Positions 40,690 to 52,256 of a stretch of 64,000 nt of DNA are shown one piece after another; position 1 is the stretch's first letter, and each line of letters opens with the position of its first letter. A program made the translations under genes and the position numbers. The DNA comes from Octopus vulgaris. Taxonomy: Eukaryota. Under the pieces are notes generated by a model. The model made no database searches, was not told the origin of the DNA, and saw only the letters and a program-made list of their open reading frames with translations. The stretch spans positions 38,378,001 through 38,442,000 of the forward strand of contig OX597833.1 in assembly GCA_951406725.2 (NCBI GenBank), written 5' to 3'.

Positions 40690-41155
40690 CACCATGGAAC
40701 TCCGGTCTTGTTGTCTTTTTCTCTTTGGTGGTGTCCGTTTGAAAGCTGCTTTAGAATGTTCTAGCAGCCAAAGCTTGTAATCTGTTGGTTTTATTCTTCA
40801 GTCTGCGATGGTTTAGCTAAGTGATCCTGTGTTGCCTTTCTTTAGAATATCTTCATTTGTTATGTGGTCTTTCCTGTACATTCTCAAAAGCCTTCACAAG
40901 CATCCTTCACAGATTGCATCTAGCTTTGTGTTGACTTTCATGCTGTTCTTCCATGTCTCACTAGCGTAAAGAACTATTGGTAGAACTACGCAGTTATGCA
41001 GCTGGATCTTTGTGTATAGAGTGATGGTGTTGGAGGATCAGGCTGGGCATGTTCTCTGGAAGATGGCTGCAGTTTTGTCAGTTCCATCATTGCTGTCTAT
41101 TTCGATATCACCTTTGTTAGTGATGATGCTCCCTAGATAGATGAATCTGGCTACT
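40690..41155 (-). pseudogene. RTE-clade LINE remnant (second family)
   Basis: FIYLGSIITNKGD and TKIQLHNCVVLPIVLYASETWK on the minus strand. Confidence 0.8.
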
Positions 41156-41471
41156 GTCACGCACACACACACACGCACACACGTGTATATATTTGTGTCT
41201 TTGTGTCTGCCCTGCCCCCATAACTTAGCAGTTTGGTGAAAGAATAAGTACTGGGCTTCAGAAATATGTGCCATAATTAAATGTATGGATATAGGTCTTA
41301 TATTTTAAATGAGGAATATACACTAGTTGGAAGTTGTGGGGGTTCATATTTGCAGAGTAAGTATATATTAAAACAAAAAATGGAAATTTTGGTATATTTT
41401 TAATTCCGTGTTACGTGTGTTTCATTACAGTATAGGAAATCCATTATGTCTATAACTAATAATAATAATAA

Positions 41472-41680
41472 AGCAAGCTGGCAGAATTGTTAGCACCCCA
41501 GGCAAGATGCTTAGTGGTGTTTTGCTTGTCTTTATGTTCTGAGTTCAAATTCCACCAAGGTTGACTTTGCCTTTATTCCTTTTGGGGTTGATAAAACAAG
41601 TATGAGTTGAATGTTAAAGGTCTGTGTTATCAACTTCCCCTCAAATTGCTGGCCTTGTGCTAAAATTTCAAACCAGTATT
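41472..41680 (+). mobile_element. Nin/Deu-domain SINE
   Basis: Head, B-box-like motif and Nin-like core; flanked by (AAT)n. Confidence 0.8.
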
Positions 41681-42149
41681 AATAATAATAATATGAATAT
41701 AATAAATTCATAATAGGTAATATACATATAGAAAGTGCATATGAGATCTATTTGTAATTCCCTGGATAAAGAATAAAATAAATAATATTGGGTTGACTAA
41801 AAAAGTTTGTTTTTTCCTTTGCACATGCATACTCATCAGATTCCTCTCCTCCAGACCCACACACTCCCACTCACTGTTGGAGCTGATTGTTAATTCTGCT
41901 ATTTGAGTTTTCCACTTATATGCATTCATTCACGAGGCATATACCTACAAACAAGAAACTCAGAGTGGTAGCAAAGTATATCAACAACTACATAAGAATA
42001 AATAATAATTATCTACAATAGAATTTGTGTGTGTGTGTGTGTGTGTATACACGCACAAACATATTTTTTTTTTAAATAGAAGAAATTCAAAAAGCAGAAA
42101 CAAAGTCTAGAATCAAGTGAGTAAAGGTAACAAAGACTAAAGTTTATTG

Positions 42150-42510
42150 TTTGCAGGAAAGAAAAGGAGACTTTACTGTTATGTTTGCTATGCAAAAATA
42201 GGAATAACAAGGAATTCCATGCAATGCACCCAGTGTAAACTATGTGTGCTAAAGGGATGCAGTGATAACTGGGGCAAGGTGATAGAAAAGGACTTCATAT
42301 GTATCAGATGCACAGGAGTAGTTAGCAGTATGGGCACCCATGGAATAAATTCTTTCAAATATTTGAAGTACTCCCAAGAAGTAATTGATAGCTTTCATTA
42401 CTTAAGTAACTTATTTAGCAGTGGTGGTGAATGTTCTGAAAGTATAGCCAGAGTAAGAACAGGGTTGAAAAAGTTTGGGGAACTATTACTTCTGTTAAGT
42501 GACAAAGAGA
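42150..42510 (+). pseudogene. RTE-clade LINE ORF fragment with a Cys-rich finger
   Basis: CYVC..NSMQCTQCKL..C..FICIRC..FHYLSNLFSSGGECSESIARVRTGLKKF; homologous to 13565-14170; continues at ~42960-43300. Confidence 0.8.
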
Positions 42511-42516
42511 TTACAC

Positions 42517-42832
42517 TGTAATATGACTTTTGTCCTTGGATAGCAACTGTTATTTTCTACTTAGAAAATTTGGAAAATGGCTAATGTTTCTTTCAAATTT
42601 TACTTTTCTCAAAATTGTCTCTGCGTGGACAGCTAGAAGTAAACTGAACTGTTGAGCTTATCATCCCTGTATTTATGCTGCCATCTATGTTGCCAGAACA
42701 TTCTAGAAATTCTGAAAGTTTTAGTAACTTCTTGAAAGTTCTAGAAAATTGTACTTAAGCAACTTAGCACTAATTCTGTCTGAAATGTAATGGAAAATTG
42801 GTCAGTTTCAAAATATTGATGTCCAGGTTACA
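42517..42832 (-). mobile_element. Putative solo LTR
   Basis: TGTAA...TTACA termini with a short inverted repeat; internal promoter layout; interrupts the RTE remnant; no clear TSD. Confidence 0.55.
42642..42747 (-). promoter_or_regulatory. Heat-shock-type core promoter (HSE arrays, TATA-like box, Inr)
   Basis: cTTCttGAAagTTCtaGAAa 42728-47; aGAAcaTTCtaGAAa 42695-709; minus-strand CATAAATA 42677-70; TCAGTT Inr with +1 at 42645. Confidence 0.55.
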
Positions 42833-42959
42833 AAAGCAAAGTTTGAAGGGAATAGTAGTCATTTCCTTTGATTTCTAGATAGAAGCAAATAGGAAATAAC
42901 ACTGACTGACTAAAGACAAAAAGAAATGGTATACAGTGTTATATCTGAGTGAAACACAA

Positions 42960-43300
42960 CCAGGTAACATATGATGCAATGTTACCTGGTTGCCAAACAT
43001 GGGCTTTGAATATGGATGACAGACAAAGGGGTAGGGGTGGGGGGAATGAGATGAACATGTTCAGCTGCATATATGAATGAACAATGTAGCATAAATGAGC
43101 TGATAGAAAAACTGAGTATAAGATGTCCTGAGCAAAAGAGAATACTGTGATAGGGGTATGTAATGTGTAAGGAGGATAACAGTGCCTGGTTGTGAAGAGG
43201 TGTTGAATGAAGACATGGGAATATGTAGTGAAGATTGATCTCAAGAGGCTGGACTTCCATGAAGTTAACAAAAGGACTTCCAGAAGTGGTGATGCTTTGT
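42960..43300 (+). pseudogene. Continuation of the RTE remnant after the insertion
   Basis: MLPGCQTWALN (a decayed YGSETW), NELIEKLSI. Confidence 0.6.
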
Positions 43301-44346
43301 ACCAGGGTAAAAACCTTTCCAACTTAAAACAAGCATGGAAAAATGGACATAAAATATTGCTGATAATGATGATCACATAAATATTTGGTTTGAAGTATTA
43401 ATTGGATGTCTATCTTAGCAAAAGTATCCAAATTGCATTGTTATTAGAGAAAAATGTCATGAGGTTTATTCTATCTATTGCTTTAGTTTTTCTTCTTTTT
43501 CAAATTCTTGTCAATTGGTTACAAACTACTGTCATGTAGATGGTTTCATAACTTGTGCATGTAATGTCACAATTTATGTACATGTACATGCATTTGCACT
43601 CTCTCTCTCTCTCTCTCTCCTTTCTCTCCCTCATACACACAAGGATCATTAAGTAAAACCTACTTCTGCTACTGAACAATATCATGGCATAAATCACAGC
43701 AATAAAATGCTAATGGTTGAAATGTGAAGGCAATTACAGAATGAAGAATGAATACAAAATATAAGATATTAAGAAGTAATAGAATCACAAAAATAACAAT
43801 CCTGAAAGTAGTGCAGTTGTTGGGTAAAGGTTTCTGTATGTCCTACCTGAGTAAAAGTTAATGCATAAAGTTATTGTTACCTGTAGGGTAAAGTTCTGGA
43901 TTTATGGTAGAGGAAGAATTCTGAGGCTCTCTTTGTACAAAGAAATCCTTTGTTATGTTTATTTAGTAGGTTTATGTTTAGTAAATAAAACAGTAAAGCT
44001 TTCCCTTGAACATAAATTACAAGATTTCACATTTCCACTACAGGACTTGGTCATAGAATACTGAGCAAAACAGATGGCCTTTTGTCAAGGATCATTTTAA
44101 TTTAATGCAGTAAATAATATAGTTCTAGTGCCATCTCAATTTCTTTTTATTTGAAAGTGGCTTTTAGTACATGGCTACTCTTTCATTAACATACTCACTC
44201 ATACTTCCACATGCAAATATGTATGTGTGTTTGTATATATTAGTAGGGAACTAGGTGATAATCAATAGACAGAACTATTTAGTAGATTCATAGACAGAAA
44301 TTATTGGTGAAGAAAGCAGTCTTTAAGTGAAGTTAGTGTCAAGTTT

Positions 44347-44389
<43 letters not shown>

Positions 44390-44599
44390 AAAGCAGACAG
44401 ACAGACAGACAATCAATCAGAATGACAGGCATAAGGAAAAAGATAACATGTAATTATAATTTCAGAGATATTACAACGGAACCATTCACTCACTTCTCTT
44501 CATCCCCATGATGTATTTATTACTTTGATTAGTCTTGTGTTAAATACATTGTGCTAAAAAAATCTTATTACCCAAATTAAATGTTAAACTGCTTGAATA

Positions 44600-44735
44600 T
44601 CCCATTTAAACACCCATCAATCAGCCTTGTTAAATGCTACCATTAAACAGCCATTAACCAACGTTGTTAAATATCACTATTAAACACCCATTTATGAACC
44701 TTGTTAAATGCTACCATTAAAACATTGTTAAATTC
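44600..44735. repeat. Degenerate ~36-bp minisatellite
   Basis: CCTTGTTAAATGCTACCATTAAACA(C/G)CCAT repeated about 3.5 times. Confidence 0.75.
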
Positions 44736-45050
44736 ATTCAAGTCATAATAAATACCCCATGAAACTTCCTGCTCAACTGACATCCAATTAGACATTCATC
44801 TTGTTAATTACAACATAAAATGTTTTGTCAATTGATCTATTACATATTTGTTAACTATTTCCTGAAGCACCCTGTTTTCATATCCTATTAAACAACATGT
44901 TTTATCATTCCCTTTTTTCTCTCTCTCTTTTTTTCCCCCACCAATGCCTCAGTTTCTTGCCAACCTTCTAAGGATGACAACATGTTTTTGTTTCGCTGAA
45001 AATAAGATAACACTATAACTATACTTTTTTAAAAAAATCAAAATCTAAAA

Positions 45051-45283
45051 CAGTGGTTCTTAACCATTTTCCACCTATGGACCTCTTTAATTCCTATTTT
45101 ATCCTACTGGACCTCCATACATTCAGTGTTTTAAAAAAATCTTACTGCATTTTCATAATTAAATATTATCAGGAATTGGATTAAAAAATTGTTAAAATAT
45201 TTTGTATTGTAGAAGTATAACCAATTTATTGTACATAAATTTTAACAGCAAAATCTTATATGAATCCCAGTTGAGAACCACTG
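45051..45283. mobile_element. hAT (Charlie/MER5-like) MITE
   Basis: TIRs CAGTGGTTCTTAAC / GTTGAGAACCACTG. Confidence 0.75.
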
Positions 45284-46112
45284 ATTGAAGTATATTATAA
45301 CCATGAGAGAGACTGTGTGTGTATGTGTGTGCAGTCAAAATGGGTAATGAATGATTAATTTTAATGTACAGATGTGAAAATCAGAGATAAAATATTCTGA
45401 CCTTGAATAAAATTGCAACATAGATTATGCAACAGTTACATTAGACAGACATGCGGGCCTGATTTCATGCTGTAAAATGTTGCTACAGTTTGGCCATGGA
45501 TGCAAGGTATAGCTATGTGGTTAAGAAATTTGCTTTATAACCATACGGTTTGGGGTTCAATCCCACTGTGAAGCTCCTTGGGTAAATGGTTTTTTACTAT
45601 AGCCTTTGGTTGGCCAATACCTTGTGAGTGCAATTTCATATGGTAAATTTAGAGAAATATGCTGAATGTGTGTGTGTGTGTGTATGTGTATATTTACTCA
45701 TGTAAAATTGTAAGTTAATGATTTGATAAATATTGATAAAATAAATCCTAGTGTTGGTATGATTGACTATAAACTGTTAAGTCTTGTGGTTGAATCCAGT
45801 TAATAACATATCAGAGAATGCTGTTGGGATGAGTGCTGACTCACCTTTATATAATCTATTATCATTATTATTATTAACATGAAAGTGGCAAGTTGACATA
45901 GAGTAACTAAGACTAAATTAGTCAATGTGTTGAGTTTTAAAAGATGGTTGAGCGTAATTTGTGGGACATTCAACTGCTAATTTTAAGTGTGTCTGGCTAT
46001 ATAGAAGTAGTTATGTAAGATTTTGGTAGCAGTGGTGGTCATGGTGGTAGTGGCAGCAGTAGTATTGGTAGGTGTAATAAGTATTCAGAAGTTAAAATTT
46101 TTATTATTTTTT

Positions 46113-46478
46113 TTTACTTGTTTCAGTCATTATACTGTGGCCATACTGGGGCACTGTCTTGAAGAATTTTAGTCAAATGAATTGACCTCAGTACTTACTT
46201 TTTAAAGATTGGTACTTATTCTGTCAATTCCACTAAGTTACAGGGATGTAAACACACCAATACCAGTTGCCAAGTGATGGTGGTGGGGGAAACAGACATA
46301 AAGACACACACACATACACAATGGGGTTATATCAGTTTCCATCTACCAAATCTACTTACAAGGCTTTGGTTGGCCTGAGGCTATAGTAGAAAACACTTGG
46401 CCAAGGTGTCATGCAAGGGAACTGAACCCAGAATCATGTGATTGGGAAGCAAACTTCTTACCACACAGCCATATCTGC
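46113..46478 (-). mobile_element. CORE-like (OR-type) SINE, full length
   Basis: Head, core, body and tail all present. Confidence 0.85.
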
Positions 46479-46904
46479 ACTTTATGTGTATGTTTGAGAT
46501 ATGTATACTTGTGAGTGGAGCATAGCTTGTTTGGTTAAGAAGTTTACTTAGCAACCCTATGATTTTGGTTCACTCCCTCTGTGCATTTGGTTACCACATG
46601 TATTCTATAATAGTCTTGGATCATGAAAAGTTTTGTTGGAGATGGAAACTATGTAGAAGCCTGTTATAATAATCACTCTTGGTTTTGGAGATGATAGTCT
46701 TAATCCATCACTCAATTTAACACCACCAACTTTTCCCCTTGATGCTTTATTATTAATTTAATAGTTGTCCAAACTTCAAGTTGTTGTTTTGACCCAGGTC
46801 AAGACTAATAAAGTCCATTTATGAGCAGAGCATTTCTTCCATGATCATCTTACTGTATTTTCTGATAGTATGTTCTGGACTAAATTATTCAACTGAAATT
46901 GTAG

Positions 46905-47182
46905 TCATGGCCAGTGCCAGTAACATGTGAAAGGAACCCATGTTGGTGACACATGAGAAGCACCCGTGCTGGTGACATGTAAAAGGCACCTGTATTAGTG
47001 ACACATAACAAACACCCAGTACCCTCTGTGGAGTGGTTGGCATTAGGAAGGGCATCCAGGTGTAGAAACCTTGCCAAAACTGACTGGAGCCTGGTGCAGC
47101 TCCCCAGCTTATCAGCTCTAGTCAAACCATCTAACCCATGTCCGCATGGAAAATAGGTGCTAAATAATGATGATGATTATGA
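46905..47182 (+). mobile_element. RTE-tail element with 25-bp internal tandem units
   Basis: About 4 x GTGCTGGTGACATGTAAAAGGCACC, then GGAGTGGTTGGCATTAGGAAGGGCATCC..(GAT)n; sibling at 61333-61568. Confidence 0.75.
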
Positions 47183-47190
47183 TGTCCTTC

Positions 47191-47414
47191 CATTTTTGGC
47201 ATTTAAAAACCAGTCACATCCGACTCGAATATTCTACCTGCTTAACATTGAAACTGACTAAATTTGGCCTCTCATATCTACCCTACTATGTCATTCTAAA
47301 AATAAGCAATCACATCATCAAAATCTCGAAGCTATGGGATAATGCATGATTAATTCAAAACAATGTGAATAAATAATCATTAAAATTTGTCAGAGTAATC
47401 CAAATGCTAAAGGG
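47191..47414. mobile_element. piggyBac-like MITE family A
   Basis: Ends AAATGCTAAAGGG|TTAA. Confidence 0.8.
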
Positions 47415-47724
47415 TTAAGCAGAGTTTACTTTGTTGTAAGTATTCAGGCAAGGTTGTTGATCCAAAGATCAAACCCCAGCTCCTTTCTTCCACAAATCTT
47501 GGAGGCCTTCTGAAAGCTTATAGTTACTACTATGGATGTAAGTCAATGCAGTGTGTGTGTATAAAAGCTTAACTGTCACTTGCAAATGGATATGACCTGA
47601 TAAAACAATAGTGGAAAATTAATTGTGTCAGATATGTATCTAGTCGCAGACAGACATAGACACCCTCTTGCCCTTGAAACAGTGGAACATTGAAGGTATA
47701 GCTGGATAGAGAGGGTTGCACTAG

Positions 47725-47872
47725 CAGTCAACCAGTAATCATTTATAGCTGAATAGTCTGGAGCTATGTGAAATTGTGTTCCTTGCTCAAGGACACAGCA
47801 CACCACCTGGCTCAGGAATCAAGCCCATGGCCTTATGGTTGTGAGATCAATGCCCTAACCATGAGGCCACAC
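47725..47872 (-). mobile_element. tRNA-derived SINE with V/Meta-like core
   Basis: Minus strand GTGGCCTCATGGTTAGGG (A box) .. TGTGTCCTTGAGCAAGGAACAC..GCTCCAGACTATTCAGCTATAAATG. Confidence 0.6.
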
Positions 47873-48913
47873 ACTTTTCACACGTGCATGCACACAAACA
47901 TTTATATATTGAGTATATGTATGCATGTCTGTGGGTGAGTGTGATCTACAGTGTATACATATATGCTGTTGTGTGTGCATATCATCAGTTAATGTCTGTT
48001 TTCCATGCTGGCACAGGTTGAACAGTTTGACAGGGGCTGTCTAAGTAGAAGACCACACCAGGCTTCACTGTCTGTTTTGGCAGGGGTTTTATGGCTGGAT
48101 GCCCTTCCTAACACCAACTACCTTACAGACTGGACATATATGTATATATTTGCATGCCTGTGTGCATGTTTGTGTGTCTGTGTAAATACATGTATGGTAC
48201 ATGCTTTTTCTTCTGAGTGAGGGTACATGAATGAGTGTATGTTTGTAAGTACCTCTGAATATGCATGCTATTGCTGTATAGCCCTAGGTTAACTCTGGTC
48301 AAGCAGACTTATAAGGCATTCCAGCTACAATAATCTTTTTTGTACACATTTTAAAAGTGTATTATCAAATAAAATCCCTACCATTCTTTTAAAATAGTAA
48401 GATGTGATATAAGAGATTTGGCTGCTATTTCTGGCAGATGGAGGGACCATGTTGAAACTCCTCATCGGTTTGTAGAAGCATGCATTTCTGTGTGTGTATG
48501 TATATGTATAGACATATGTGACTGACTAAATATATGACTAAATGCGTATGTTTGTAAATGATCTCTATATATGCCTGCATATCTCTCGGTATTTGTGCAT
48601 ATGTGTGTAGATATTTTTTTTAAAAAAAGGCTGAAATAAAACTAACTGTAGTAAAAGGAAAGATGGATGCAGGTAAATTGATGAAGTGGAAGGAAAGAAG
48701 AGTGTGAAAGTAGCCCTGGCCGTGTGTGCACGTGAAAGAGAGAGAGAGTGTGTGTATAAATCAATTGATGTTTGGCTCAACTCCAGACGGAAGGTGCATA
48801 AGTATCCACTGCACCATTACTTCATAGCATCATCGCAGTAAACTACTGTGCAATCTGATGTTTTAGCAGGGAGGTGGGGGTAGAATAGAAAAAGAGTGGG
48901 GGACGATGTGTGC

Positions 48914-48980
<67 letters not shown>

Positions 48981-50170
48981 CATACACGCACACATACATG
49001 TGTGTGTGATTTCAGAGGGAGAGATTTGTGCAGCAGAAGAAGGAGTCTTAGACAAGAGTGGGGAGGGGGATGTTTGGAAGAAGAGAAAACAAAAGTGAAG
49101 GGGAGGGTCACATGGTCACATGTTGAGTTGAGGAGAGAGGGAGTGAGAGAGAGAAAGAGAGATTGAAGCAGTTGGGGAGAGATGAAAAAGAGAGAGACAG
49201 ATTTACGCAGAGGATAACACAGATGGACATATGCAGAGTGATATATATATATATATATGTATATACACACACAGGTAAAAAAAGTGACTTGATTCATATA
49301 GAGTGCAAGACATGCATGCAGAGAGAGAGAGAGAGAGATGGCTGGGTTGGAGCATAGATAAACAGAAGGATTCAAAGAAAAAGGAAGGGGAAATTGGTGA
49401 AAGAAAGAAAACAGACAGGAAGAGTGAGGGAATTTTTTACATAATGTCTTAGAGAAGGAAGACCGATGTCCATGTGTCCTTTCACGGTTTCTGCAACTGG
49501 GTTGGAGGTAGAAGTTAACCTCAGATGAGACATCTGGCCCAAATGTTTGCAGCAGGGCAGACTGTTAAAGTCAGCCGAGGCCTGTTGGTGGTGTTCATTT
49601 GGATGACATGCTTAGAGAGAGAGATGTCTGCAGAGAAGATAAGAAAGTGCAAGAAACAGAGAGAGAGAGAGAGATGCACACGTATACAGAAAGAGACATT
49701 GAGAAACTTGCATATAGGAGAAGGTTAAAGAGAGAGTACAAGAGTTGCATACAGATATGCATGGTAAGAGAGAAGGACGGACATACAGATAGAGTGAGAT
49801 ATATAGGTATATTTACTGATATATATGGTGAGAGGAAGAGAAAGATATGTACATGTGTGTGTGAGTGTGTGAGAGAGAGAGAGAGAGAGACTTGTCTGCA
49901 GAGATGTATGGAGACAAACAGGCAGATGAAATATTGCTTGTAGTTACTGTCTTAGTAATGAGTTAGCACTAGTATAAATACAATAAACTGGCATTTTGTG
50001 TCTAGTGTAGTGCTGGTTGTGGAGTGTAGTGACATTGGTGTGGTAGTGGTGGTCGTGGTGAGAGCTGCAACACATTTCAGAAGTAAAAGGAAGAAGAGGA
50101 GCAAACTAAAGAATTCGGTGTAAAAACAGCAAAATGAAACTGAAGTGCCATCTTTTTCATTCTGCTTGAA

Positions 50171-50206
<36 letters not shown>

Positions 50207-51169
50207 GGAGAGAGTGTGTGTGTGTGTGTCTAAGCAGGTATGTTTGTGTTTATGGGGGTGGGTGGTTTACATGTGTCTGTCTAAGCATAATTTTGTGTTT
50301 GTGTATCTGCTCTAGGCATGTGTGAATATGTGTAAAAACATATGTGTGTGCATGTATAGGAATCTATGTTCTTGTGGGCAGGTGTGTGCGTGTGCAGGAA
50401 TGTATGCTCATGTGTGCAGGTGTGTGTGTGTGTGTGTGTGTGCAGGTATCTATGCAGTCCCATGATAGCTTCTTGTAATAGTCCATCTTCCCAGCTTGCA
50501 ACCACCTGTAGAGAGATGCAGGCTGGTACAGTGTGGCTGCCCACAATCAGTCTATGGTCTGTGGTCCTCAGGCATGGAGTTGTTTTGCTTATATCTCTTT
50601 TTATTAATTGCTTGGTGGCATAGTAGTTGAGTAGTGTTGAGGGTTGGTAGAATGACAATATGCAGTCACAGCACTTGCAGGTAGCTCAAATAATATCTTT
50701 TTTTTATGAATTGTCAAAGATGTTTCTCAATGCTTATATGAGAAAATTTTAATATCCGTCATCTCACACACCTGCCTTGTGTTATCGTACCTAAGTAGAA
50801 ACCTTTTCCCCACCTTGACCTAACCACTGGCAGCTTATTTCCTCATTTATTCTCCCAGTCCCTCACCTATTTAACCAGCTCGCTAAGTTTGGTGCAACAC
50901 ATTGCGATCTATCTATTTATCTGTCTGCCTGTCTAACTATGTCTATATTTAGAAATATATAGACATATGTGTCTATCTATATCTAACCTGTCTGTCTATG
51001 TCTATTGATCTGTCTGTCTGTCTGTCTCTCTATACATCTATCTGCTTATCTGTCTGTCTTTCTGTCTATCTGTTTTTCTGCCTGTCTATTTGCTTGTCCG
51101 TCTGTCTATTCATCTATTTATCTATCTGTCTATCTACACACACACCAGTATGTATTCATATGTCTATCC

Positions 51170-51209
<40 letters not shown>

Positions 51210-52225
51210 CCATCTATCCATATATGTGTCTATTCATCTATGTATTTCTACACCTGTCTACCCATATTTTCTATTCATCTGCATACTGTATATCCGTTAT
51301 GTATATCCATATAACTGTCTGACAGTCTGTTGCTGTACCTTATTTGTGTACTATATCTGTTTTATCTGTCATAATGACCCACACCCCCAGTACAAAAATC
51401 ATTGTAAAGGTCAGGGAGGGATCTTGTGCCCTTGTCTACAATAACAGTGATGATGACAATGACACTGTCTGCTGCTGCTGTTTGTCTGTTCTAGGTGGCG
51501 CCAGTGAATGCCTGGCATTGGTGCTGTCGTTGCAGACAGCTTGATCGTCTGCACTTACTATGATTTTTGTTTTTGTTTTTTTACGGCAATAATTATAAGA
51601 GTAATGGTAAAGATAATGAAAATAATGATTGTAATAATAACGATAACAATAATTATGAAGATGATTTCTTTAATAATAATTGTATTAATGATATTATGGA
51701 ATGATAATATACACCAATATCTTTGTCAATTTCATCTCTTTTTCTGTTATAACTACTTCTCTCTCTCTCTCTCCACACACACACACACACACACACACAT
51801 GCACATACACACTCTCTCTCTCACCGAATATGTACACATACACACACTAAATATAATGCGCAATTGTGCATTTACATACATTATAGAAATTGGATAGAAT
51901 GCTTGAGTTTGAGGGAAGAACAGTAACACCAGACAGAAGGATGGTCTACGTAAAACTCGGAAAATTGCAATAACAGAAGTATAAAAAAAAAACCCCAAAA
52001 AAACAAAAATTACCAGTCGGCGAGCAAGGAATGGTAAAAAAAAGAAAGATGACAGAAATGTCAAAAGGGGAATGACAAAATAATATTAATGATACCTATA
52101 TAGAAAGAAAAAATTAAATTGACAGGAATAACTGAATGAATGAATGAAGAAATCACAAAGGAAAGAAGAAAAAGTATAAACAGCATGAGAGGTCACACAC
52201 ATACATAGACACACATTTATGCGTA

Positions 52226-52256
<31 letters not shown>

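Noticed and set aside
44600-44735. CRISPR-like periodicity (also the 25-bp units at 46905 and 61333)
   Set aside because: Tandem units without unique spacers, eukaryotic context, no cas genes
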